64,000 bases of DNA, taken from the NCBI GenBank assembly GCA_030141605.1, contig JAQGDQ010000215.1, forward strand, positions 248,001 through 312,000, written 5' to 3'. The position numbers and the translations under genes were made by a program. This DNA is from Tubiluchus corallicola. Lineage: Eukaryota; Animalia; Priapulida. Position 1 is the stretch's first letter, and every line of letters begins with the position of its first letter. Of this stretch, positions 19,964 to 35,477 are shown one piece after another. Under the pieces are notes generated by a model. It was given only the letters and a program-made list of their open reading frames with translations, was not told where the DNA came from and searched no databases.

Positions 19964-20510
19964 GTCTGGGAAGTATAATAGGATGGTCATGACTACTTGA
20001 TAGTGACAGTGCAGTACTTTTTAGATTCTACTGTATGTTGTTACATTCTCATTGAGCTCAAGGAAAGGCCCACGTCAATAAAATTAATCATCCATAGTTA
20101 TTAGAATGGAAAAATTCAGGGAACATTCGTAGATATGAATCGCAAAAGCACAAGGAAAATGAGTGAATACTTGGTTGGAGACTAGAGTACGCTATGACAG
20201 CATGAGCAAGAAAACCTTATGACAGTGACAAGAATATTGTACTATACATCATTATGGGATGATTCATCCATTTTTGTTAATTGTTTGTTAAGTCGTTACC
20301 TGAACTGTAAGTCATTAACTGGCCATTAGTGGCTATTAGTGCAGCCCCAATGTCTTCCTCACGATGATATGCATTTTTTACAAAACGTCAAACAGCTCGT
20401 TTTGTTAAAAATAAATATCGTCGAGAGGACGTCATTGTGACGTCACTGTTTCAGCAACTAAGTGAACTGACGTTTGCTCCACCAAGCCACAATGTTCTAT
20501 AAAATTCAGC

Positions 20511-20751
20511 CAGGGCCATTTCAGGGGGGGGGTAAGTGGGGATACTTCCCCGGGGCCTCACCCTTTTGCTTTATGCGTTCATTCAATTGTTCTTTCCTTT
20601 AACAACTGTATAACTCCATATTTTCTCTTCGAAAAAAGTCTTCTCCGGCGTTCTAGTAGTTCAAAAATTTTCTGGTGCTTCGCCCCCCCCCCCCGAGGGG
20701 GCCTCACACGCCCCACTTCCCCGGGCCTCGCTTAGGCTGAAGTAGGCCCTG
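20511..20751. mobile_element. hAT-type MITE (CAGGGCC...GGCCCTG)
   Basis: TIRs plus a perfect 8-bp TSD AATTCAGC (20503-20510 and 20752-20759). Confidence 0.9.
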
Positions 20752-22088
20752 AATTCAGCATAGATTGGTGACTATACCCTTACCTGCGCACGTTATACCA
20801 TCCTCCCTACGCACCCGTCCGTACAAATATGACCAAGTTCCATGTAGTGTGTGTCCTCTCCTACACATATTCCTTCTACCCTCGACAATCAGGAGTACTG
20901 ATAGTGCAACAGTGCTCGGTTACGTCAACAAATGTGGATATCTTTTAACATCATCCGTTTAGGTTTTCAAAGGATATGGCAACATGCAGGCAAATGTCAT
21001 TACTCAAAGTTTTATTTTATAAATAGTTAAAAAGTAAAAAGTTAATTTTTTAGCAATTTTTTTTAAAATTTGCAGGTCACTGTTATGGTAATAAAATACC
21101 GTTTCCATTGTTATGCTAATGTTTCATATCATTTCACCAGTAATGTACGCTATTGCTGTATTAGAATAACAAACTGACTGACCAAGCGCAGCCTTGAATA
21201 GAGTTAGTGTACCGGGTACCCATTGCTTAAATGAGTTTATTTATTGGCAATAGTTTGCATAGCTTGTTTATTTGCAACGTGTAAACTATTCTCATTAGTA
21301 TAGTTTAAAATGTTACAGATTTAATTTAATTGCACCATTGAAAGGAAATTTACCAAATAAGGAGTCAAAATATTGAAATTAAACAATAAAAATAAATGAA
21401 TTATCGTTTATTTATTATTAATTTTATAGCTTAAAATGTTTATAACATAAAATTTTAATTTTTTTAGATATTATTGAAATTCATGTAACTTAAGTTTACG
21501 AATTCGATCTGTGAAATTTGTGAAAGTACTTTGACCAAACAGGTTGTCTTCTTAATTATTAAGCTTCTGTTTATCATTCTGTTTATTTTTCTTATTTGTT
21601 AATGTTCTCTTTATTATTCTCTTTAGAATAAATGACTTTGGAACATGAATGAAATAGTGCAGGCTTTTCTGTACATAACAAGTACTATAATTTATGTGCT
21701 AATTCACATAAATGATTAGAACATGTCACGCTGTAACTATAACTATTATGAAAAAAGTGACCTATATCTAAAAAACACTATGTTTGTTTTAAACATATAT
21801 AGCTTGCAACGTAACAATTTGACTTTAAAATGTCTGATTTTGATAGAATTTTATTAAGTGGTAGAATAAATAGCACTAATATGAAATCAGATTTTAATAG
21901 CTGAAACGAAAATAAAAATGTACATGGAATTAGAATAAATTTATACTATACGTTTATATGTTCCAAGAATTTTTATTCTAACTCTAAATGCAAATTTAAG
22001 TCCTTTTGGAATTTACACAGTAAATATAACAGTTTACTGTGACATTTTATACTGACTGTTTATACAACAGCAAACTTAATCATAACTA

Positions 22089-22636
22089 ACTAGCAAAGGC
22101 CCAAAAAAATTTTGTGTATAAATACACTTATAATCAAAAATACGCGAACATCCTACCTAGTGTTCATTTATTTACCTAATGCCAAGCCAGCAGCGGCAGC
22201 TTTTACTGAATTAAAATTATAAGCAGAGTATAATGGATGACGTCAGAACAATGGCTTTGCGTCAGCAGTTTTCCAACCGAAAATTGCGAAAAATAGAACA
22301 TCTAATTAACTCGTCGTCACTCCTCTTGATGGATGTGTCCTAAAATATAGCCCGCACCATCGTGTAGCCCTGTTCTTCCTCTTTCTAGAGAGCTATATAT
22401 CTCCTTTCGAGAGTCCCATTAGGGACCGTTTTTTTACAGGCTGTTTGGTAAAATTTCGCCCCCCATTCCTCCCGGTGGGCCCGATTCGAAAAATAAGCCC
22501 CCAATGGCACAACACTAGATCAAGACCTTTCGTTTGATCTATAGATGCCGTCGACCGCAAATGGTGCCGTCGTCCGAGCTGTAGCCTCGAATCTTATATA
22601 CATATATAACATACTAGCGAAATTAATATATACGAT
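22089..22636. mobile_element. Possible non-autonomous Helentron/Helitron2-like element
   Basis: Starts ACTAGCAAAGGCCC. Ends with a (TA/CA)n microsatellite followed by ATTAATATATACGAT, the layout typical of DINE-1/HINE-like elements. Confidence 0.45.
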
Positions 22637-23464
22637 CATAACATCATTCAAGCTTTTTCAGATTCAATTCTCTTGGACCATTGAAATGAAAAACCATTGA
22701 AATTAAACAATATTGTTCTTGCTACTGCTTATGCCTTATTTTTACAAAATTTACTAATTCACATAGATCATTATGGTATATCTTGCTGTATTTATCATTA
22801 TTATATTGCAAGTAATATAGATCTAAAACTAATAAACATTACATTTTCTCTAAAACACATATACTCTGCAACATAACTAATAACATTAAAAGATTTGCTG
22901 AACAACTCTAGATTTGCTAGAATGAGTTTGTTGTAGTTTCCTATTGGGCCAAGGTAATTTCCAATGCTTTTTTGCAATAAATTGGACGTACATCATGACA
23001 ATGTTGGCTGTTCATATGGCGCCCCCTAACAAAATGTTCAGCACTTACTGTGTGATTGCCAATTAGTCCACATAGTAAATACAAAGCAATTAAGGTAAAA
23101 ATATAACTCTAACTTACAATAGGAAATTTTGTTACTCAAAGCAAGAATGTGCAATTATGAGAAACACTGAGCCTACAATGGTAGTTACCTATGTAATATA
23201 CGAAGCTCAAACTTGTACTGAACCAAGTAACGTTAAACAAGATGTCCTAAAAACAAATTCACAAACGATGTTAAATTGTTATCGTCATACGAATACGATA
23301 AAATTGGATTTTTCTCTTTTCTTGCACTTGACAGCAATAAATTCGTACTTTTGTATCAACCTCTTTACAGAAATTCAGTGGGGTACTATCTTTCTTACCG
23401 TGTAAACTAACATCACTTTTGCCGTACATCACAAAAAAGGAAAACAGTAATTTTAAAACATTAA

Positions 23465-24071
23465 AGCAAAACTGGACCCAGTCTTAAACTATAGGACAAA
23501 ACAATCTACTCCTTAAAATATTGAAAGGAAACATACTATTTTTTCAAAAATGACTTACGTGAAAGAATTATTACCACACAAACACAATTTCACGTTCGAG
23601 CCACTAGTTCTTCGCTGTTACATGCATTTCGCCAGTCGCTAGTTAGACGGGCACTAGCGCCTACATTTCGAAAACGCGTAGCACGAAAAACAGGTGCTGT
23701 ATCTCTCAGTTCAGATGTGTTAATTTGTGACGAACTGCACACGTTCAAAACTCATGCGTGAGCACAGCTGTAAAGTTGAAATTTGAGTTTTATAACTTGC
23801 ATAGTTTTAGTACAGCAATCTTACAGTAGCACTGTACTTCAATGTTCTCTTTCGCAAACGCGTGCAACACGCTCGTGGAATGTTTTTGCTGTTGAAAATT
23901 ATGTTAGTTTGTGATGTCATCAATAGTTGGGCTTGCCTCCGTTAATTAAGTTTTTAATCTATTATTTAATTATCAAAAACGCTTTTGCAGCATTAATTGT
24001 GTTAAAATGTATACATTTTATCGGACATGAAAATGGGGTGGGTAGTATATGAAAAATCAGCCCGTCTTCCT
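23465..24071. mobile_element. Kolobok-like element family K1, copy 2
   Basis: TTAA|AGCAAAAC...GTCTTCCT|TTAA; collinear with 11958-12569. Confidence 0.82.
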
Positions 24072-24543
24072 TTAAAAATATAGAAATTTCCAGAACGTGA
24101 TATTAAATGTTGTACTACAACGTTGCACCATTTAGGCATTAACATTTTTATTCACAAATAACAATATAAAATTGGTATTAAATCCAGTCCAGAGACTGTG
24201 CTTAGCTGATCCAGACCAAATAATTTTTTTGTTTTACGACAGCTGCAAGTGTATACGTACATAGACTGCATTAAAATTAAAATACTTCAGTGCTGAATAT
24301 AAACACTTTCACCACTTTGGTATAGTGTGCATTACAAGCAAGGACACCATTTTCTGCCAGAAATAGCAATGATTTTAGAAATTAGATATTACAACATTAA
24401 CCTTTCGTAATTGTGTTAATAAACTTAAGCGTTAAAACGGGCATAATAAGACATCCTATTATGGGCTAAACACTACACGTCCAGTTTTCCAAGCTTTCTG
24501 GGCAACGATTACTGCGACCTCACAATAGTTACGTCGTCTAGAC

Positions 24544-24690
24544 TAGGGGTGAGGATTTTCTACCGGAAACCGAGTTCGAATCGAGTCGAATTTGTGACCT
24601 TTAAACTCGAATCAAACTGACTTTCAACATTTCCGAATCTGAATAGAATTAGAATTTAGTTTCAAAGCTTTTCGAATAAATTTTCGAATC
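24544..24690. mobile_element. Truncated hAT-like terminus with TCGAA subterminal repeats
   Basis: TAGGGGTG start followed by repeated (T)CGAAT motifs. The second end was not found. Confidence 0.4.
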
Positions 24691-24856
24691 ACTGGCAAAA
24701 AGCGGTCCTGCAAAGATCAAACATATTGCTTGACTTTGTTCTGCGGTAAAAACTAATAATTTGTTGAAAAATTGTGCTCAGAAATCGCAGCTAAACTTGC
24801 TGACTGCATGGTCACCTCCTAATCTAGACTGGTACAAACCCTTTTACATTTTACAG

Positions 24857-29261
<4,405 letters not shown>

Positions 29262-30749
29262 CTTTTCGTAGAATAATTTGATAACTTTCGTCTGATCTGT
29301 TGCTGGTATTTTGCAGTAGAAAATTTGCATATATATATATACTTGCTAATAAAAGGATGTACCATTTTTTTATTACAGACACTTAAAAACATTTACAGTT
29401 AAAATACCACAACTGTATTAAGGCTTTCAATTTACATAGTTAAAAAAATATACGTTTCGGCAGATCTACTGCTAGCTCTGTCGAGACGTTTGACATGATC
29501 TTTTAACTATGTAAATTACAAGTTTTATTAAAATTAAGGATGTATTACATTTCAGTGTTCGAATTATGGGTTTCTAAATGAATAGTCATGAGTTGTAAGA
29601 GGGCATATTTTGTTATTTTAAGAGAAATAATAAAAAAATAAGAAAAGGAGCAATAAGGAGCTGCAGCTAAATCCGCGCAGGACTTATCATATTAACTCTC
29701 ATTTCTTGTTACTTCATATCAGTTTTAGAACCAGTTTGTGCTTTTGGAAATATAAATAATAGTGACGTGACCGGAATTTTGCTTAATTTGCAGCGATTTA
29801 TTCTTTTATTGGGGACAACAGTAGAGTTGACTCTTTTGTGGAATGCTTGCGGAGTTCACATGCACTCTTACGGGGAATGTTGCGTAGTAGAATCTTAGGA
29901 TTCAAAAACACTTCGTTTTATAGTTTTGAGGAAAGGAGAATAGCTAAGATCGAAGTTAAGTAATTTCGAGGCTGGTACAGGAATGCATGGATGGCTACCA
30001 GTTCAAAACTTTGTTATGTAATTTTCATTCGCTACACTAATTCTCAGTGTCTCATCTCCGAAGCATAGCTTTGAAAATGAACTTGATTCAGTGAGCACCG
30101 GAACTTTCCAGATCAAGTGAGCCCTGCCGTTGTCGCGTTGATTGTCCCGTTGTCGCGAGAATATAACGTACCACGTTATGGTATAGTGATTGCAGTGTAG
30201 CATAGTTGTAGCACAGTGTAGTAGGTACTACCGTAAGTGTGGTCTAAATCAAAGCTGACATTGATTTCTTAAAAAATTAGCCTCGTTCTGGTGGTTAAAC
30301 GAGGAGCAATTTTTGTGGAGTTGCAAAGGTCGACTTAGTTTATACTTTACCAATTATTCTGAAGACAACATATTTTACACAAACCATAGCAGTTCGTCAT
30401 TTTGCATCACTGTGAATTGATCGCATTTTATTTTTCTGTTGGGTACAGGTGACAAAAGTAATCCCATCTACCTGCCTCACAGAACATGATTTGAAAAACT
30501 ATTGTGCTGGTTACGAACTACCGTCTTCTTAAAATGGATGTATAAAGATGTTGGTACTGCTAAAACAAAGAGCGAACAAGAAGCAAGAAAGTCAATTTTC
30601 GATAATAATACAGCAGCATTGGATAAATGTTCTACAAAAGTTATATTTTCATAATTTGGTGGAAAAAGGAAAGGTGGGAGAAAAAACACAAAGATCAAAA
30701 CACCAATGGCGAACAAGGGTAGTAAACCTGACACCTGACACCAATAGAT

Positions 30750-30905
30750 CTGCACATCTCACGGTCATTCTAAGAAACTGTTTAAATGTTGCGCAAGAAT
30801 TGTAAAAGTTCATTTTTCTCACACTGTGTAGTGAACAAGTGGAACAGTTGGCCAGAAAGGGTGATCAGTGCACAGAATTTCAATCTTTTCAAGAAGCCAT
30901 TAAGG
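30750..30905 (+). mobile_element. Ancient CR1-type LINE ORF2 3' fragment within block A (also ~38730-38888 and ~44265-44418)
   Basis: Translates with a frameshift as GHSKKLFK...SFFSHCVVNKWNSWPERVISAQNFNLFKK, resembling the CR1 ORF2 C-terminus (RGHslKL...FFS.RVV..WN.LP..VV.A.....FK). Confidence 0.7.
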
Positions 30906-31384
30906 GCTTCACGGTAATCATGCTTTAAGAAGCCAAAATTATCATGAAACATTGAAACTGCAGGTTTTTTGTACCTTTGATGTAAAATCTCACAAGTCGA
31001 AACTATATTGCTCAACTTTACACATTTTATACTCAAAATTTTTCGTTAAGTTTTTAGGTAAAGACTCCAATAGGCTCTGAATCTTTTGCTAGAATTTTTT
31101 TAGTGTTGAAAGTTCCAGTCTTGAATCAAAATTGCCCTTCTGTGTGCGAACAGATGTAGATGCTCCTCTTTTAGGAAGCTGCTCACATTGAATATTATAC
31201 GTGATTAACATTTTTGTCCTCACTGACACACACTGAAAGGTTTGTGTATTTAATTTATGAGTTTGTAAATGAGGCATATTTACAAAAACGAAAAGTAATG
31301 GACTAAACTCTAGAGAAAATATATTTGTACAAGTTATATAGTTTATTAAACAATAATTTATATTTTACAAAACTTATATTTTAC

Positions 31385-31691
31385 AAAGATGCAGCAATAA
31401 AAGAAGCAGGAGACATTATTATTAATAAAGTATGTTGAATACAAATTGCATTTGTACCATTTTTGATTAAATTTCATTGTATAATATTTGCATTCTGAGA
31501 AGATATCAGCTTTCTGGCTGGCAAAATTCAACTAGAACTTAAATATAGAATCTACACTTCTATTTCACTTATGTGGTTAGTTCATTGCTACACAGTTATT
31601 TGATTAACTTACATGTATTTGATTTAGTTTGGGGTAGAGCTCATACTGTCAGGGATACCATAAGCACATGTGAGTGTACTCTTCTAACACA
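31385..31691 (+). pseudogene. Captured CRYM fragment (3' part of exon 6 plus start of intron 6), copy 1
   Basis: Collinear with 11624-11932 (AAAGATGCAGCAATA...ATTATTATTAATAAAGTATGTTGAA...TAACACA). Confidence 0.93.
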
Positions 31692-32310
31692 CGACACACC
31701 CTATTCACACCTTTGGCACGTCCAATTTACTGTCAAAGTTTCTCACTCAACATGCTGCACAATAACCCTTGTAGAAAGACCCATTGATCCATTGCAGAGA
31801 ACTTTGTGATTCGTCTTTGAAGCAACCCAAGTGTGGACAATTTTTCTGGCAAAAGAATGGCTGAGTCACTGGATAGTTGGAGGTGTCATTCATGTCTCCT
31901 TTCGTCAGGAGATGACGAATTAAAGTTTTCGGGCAAGCTAGAAAGAACGAATCCGCATCGCTGTCAGTAATGCTCACCATTTCTATCCATCTCTTTTCAT
32001 ATCCACCTTTTCATTACTATCTCTAGGTAAAACTTGAGCAGGGAATGCAGGGAATCTTCCAAGAATTGCGTCAACAACAATTTCTTGTTACTTCTAAAGA
32101 TGTATGTATTCAATTTGCATAATTCGCGTATCCATCGCCATTTTTTTCATGACCTCCAAGAATAATGAGGTTGCCAATGGAAAATCCACAGTTAAATTGC
32201 AGATTTCCGGTGGATATTCCAGCTCACAAATCACGAAATATCCCACGTTAGCATCCTTTTTGATGGTAGACAGATCAAGGCTACTACGATTGGCTAACTT
32301 TCAGAAGTAA
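31692..32310 (-). pseudogene. Decayed Polinton/Maverick/adintovirus-type protein-primed DNA polymerase B relic, copy 1
   Basis: Ordered motifs on the - strand: VGYFVICELEYPPEICNLTVDFPLA (consensus GY.lEvDLeYP.elHd.hndyPLA), LLKFYLE, DSDADSFF (degenerate YtDTDSf), DTSNYP..QPFF.....HLGCFKDES, RAKGVN. Contains stops, frameshifts and a large internal deletion. Confidence 0.8.
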
Positions 32311-32528
32311 AATTGTATGACGTAAAATTTACACAGGGCAATCAACACGTCACACGTTGCTTGCATAGCAACTGAAACTCAGATACAAGCCTTGTGACGT
32401 CACGCTATTGTAAGAACAAGCACTTCGAGCAAATCGGTTGAAGATGTAGGTGCTGCTGTGCAGCTGGTTTCACATTTTCTAAGTGCCTAGCAGCTGCACC
32501 ACCTTTTGTCGCTTGCTTCTTCTCCAGG

Positions 32529-34224
32529 ATGTTGGGTAATCGCAGCACCTATGTAGTACTCACGGGTTCTGCAACCTGGATAATTTTGAGAATTGCTTTA
32601 GTAGGAGGAATTCATTTTGTGGACAAAGATACAGCATGTAATAGCACTCGGAGATCTCCAGAATGTCCAAGATGTCGCTATGAGAACTATTACTCTAATT
32701 CGTCAGTCTGTCTAATCATTTTCAAAGGACGTCTGGATAAGAAAATTTTTGAAAGTGTCTTCAATGCTTTGTCCAAAGACACCGTTTATATATGGGAAGT
32801 TTGGCTCTTTGGCTATAACACTCAGCTTCGTGTATTAGCAAATGATATATTTGCTAACCGAAGGGCATATTTCGTTCGCAAGTTGGAAATAAAACATTCA
32901 GGATTAACAGAGATTACTGCCAACACTTTCACAATGTTCTCAAATTTACATCACCTTAAAATGATGACACATCATCACTTGACCTTTATAGATGACAAAG
33001 CATTTACAGGTCTACATAAGCTAGAATTTCTGGAAATAGCTGATGCTAAAAAATTGAAGTATCTTGGCAGCTTGGATCTTACAGACAGTCCAAAATTAAA
33101 TAAAATACTAATTAGAGGAACTGGAGTAAGACATATGGAAGAACCAAAAATATCTGTTCCCTATGCTAATGTAGAAATCACCATAATAAAAGGTATACTA
33201 TTAGAATGATTTACTGAAATACTGCTTCTGAGATTTTGTGATATGTTCTTTATTATTATTTCTCTGCTACAATATTAACTATCTTCAAAAGCTTAACACC
33301 TAATGTCAGCAAGCTTCATGGTCACACACATGAAATTGTGGCTTAGACAGTGAAGTAACAATGTTGTCAAATGTCAAGGGCATTAATTTTGCTAATTTTT
33401 CAATTATTACTCAACTCCTGTTAGGGTTTGGCTTTTATCATTTTCTTACATGCAAATAATTTACTTCCTAATTAAACCCAAAAAATGTTATTAATTAAAT
33501 ATGTACCCCAAATGTTCAAGTTTTGGATTTCGAGAATAAATTTACTAAACAAAAAGGCATCAGTATCTTAAGCAGCTTAACTGAAAACAATAATTGTCGA
33601 TATCACAATTGTTTGTTCATTACTGCTGGTTTTTATACAAACAATGAAGTAATAATATGTAACTGGTAAAATATTTTATAAAATAATCACAATAGCTGGT
33701 AAGCACACCAGGTCAAAACATCGCAAAAATTTCTATCATTCATATCATTCATAAGTTTGTTGCTTTAATAAAAAAAGCAAAAGAGGGAAACAAAGAAAAG
33801 TTGAATAACACATGAAAAGGAAAGGAAAAGAAGGAAGAGAGGAATACAAAAAAGGAAGAAAATAAAGAGGAATTAAAAAGCCAAAAAGAGGCACAAAAGG
33901 AAAAATAAAGCCAACAACAAAAACTTATAAAAGCACTTGACTAATTTATCGTGTTATTAATTTATTTTAGAATCATATTGGGGTCAGTACATTGACTGCG
34001 ATTGCACCTGGTCTTGGCTGTTCGATAATGACTGGAGAGGGATAAATGTTACATGTGACCCAGATGGACATGGTGATTACTCTACGTGGTTTATGCGGTG
34101 TAAACCACCGGTGGATGCAGTTATTGACAACAATTCACAACTGAAATTACATGATAATACAGCCTTAGCTGACCTTACGCAACTGGCAATTTTTTTATTT
34201 TACAAAATCTTTGCAGCACTATAA
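32529..34224 (+). CDS. LRR cell-surface protein, paralog 1 (305 aa): signal peptide, Cys-rich N-cap, ~5-6 LRRs, CDC-type C-cap, stalk, hydrophobic GPI-like tail
   Basis: Exon 32529-33192 (AAG|GTATAC) plus exon 33971-34224 (TTTTAG|AA) join in frame. LRRs include LTEITANTFTMFSNLHHLKM and LTFIDDKAFTGLHKLEFLEI. Exon 2 = ESYWGQYIDCDCTWSWLF...VTCDP...RCKPP...LAIFLFYKIFAAL*. Confidence 0.88.
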
Positions 34225-35477
34225 TTACTGCAGTATCAGATATAATTGTGATCATCATCAGTTATAACAGAAAATTAACACAGAATCAATGTTATGCAGG
34301 AAGTGATTGGCACGAAATATGTTACAAAATTAAATCAATCATTAGTGCTATTGCCAATGTTACTCTAAAGGAACGTACTCAAATAACAGAGTAAACTTCT
34401 TAAATAGATTAAATTTCTTTATACAAAATAAATCAATTTTGTAGCATTTTTTCCTTTGTGTTTTACTCTTCATACAATTTCTCTCTCAGTCTGTCAGCAG
34501 TGGCTGACTGACCCACCAGAATACCGTGAAGTTCTTCGGTGGGCCCCAAAGTAATGGATGATTAACTGTCATCGGTGTACTCTGTACATGCCTCGTCTTT
34601 TTATTTCAGTGAACATATCAGTAATTATTTAACCTTCATCACCCCAGAGATTGCCTTTAGTACAAGGAAGCAAATCATTATTAACTAAATTCACTAGTAA
34701 TGATAGCTATTGCTAAACAAGTATGCACACGTTTCAATTTTTAGTACACTTTGAAATCAATTTTAAATTATGCTTTGGAAATTATTCGGATTAGTTGTTC
34801 TATTATTGAGATTTTCATTTTTATTATCAGATTAATAAAATTTTCTAGTATTTGTCTTATGCATGCATTAACATAAAAATGAATACAGCAATATTGAATA
34901 GATGTAACATTTTAGTTATGCCAAAAACCTTTATTTTTATTGGATTGTTTTAACTATGTTTTAAGATTAAGTGGTTTCTTTAGACAGGACCCTTTTCAAA
35001 GTTTTCCCAGTAGAAATTTTAGTTCCAGTCTGCCACTAGCTGTCAGGACGGTTTCAGAACCAGTTTGTGCTTTAGGAAATATAAATAATAGCCACGTGAC
35101 CGGAATTTTGCTTAATTTGCAGCGATTTATTCTTTTATTGGGGACAACAGTAGAGTTAACTCTTTTGTGGAAAGCTTGTGGAGTTCAGATGCACTCTTAT
35201 GGGGAATGTTGCATTGTAGAATATTAGGATTCAAAAACACTTTGCTTTATAGTTTTGAGGAAAGGAGAAGAGCTAAGATCGAAGTTAAGTAATTTCGAGG
35301 CTGGTACGGGAATGGATGGATGGCCTTCAGTTCAAAACTTTGGTATGTTACTTTCATTCGCTACACTAATTCAGCGAGCACTGGAACCTTCCAGATGCTG
35401 CCGTTGGCCCGTTGATTGCAGTAATCTTGCTCGGATTGTGCCGAATTAAAATATAACGTACCACGTTGTGGTATAGT

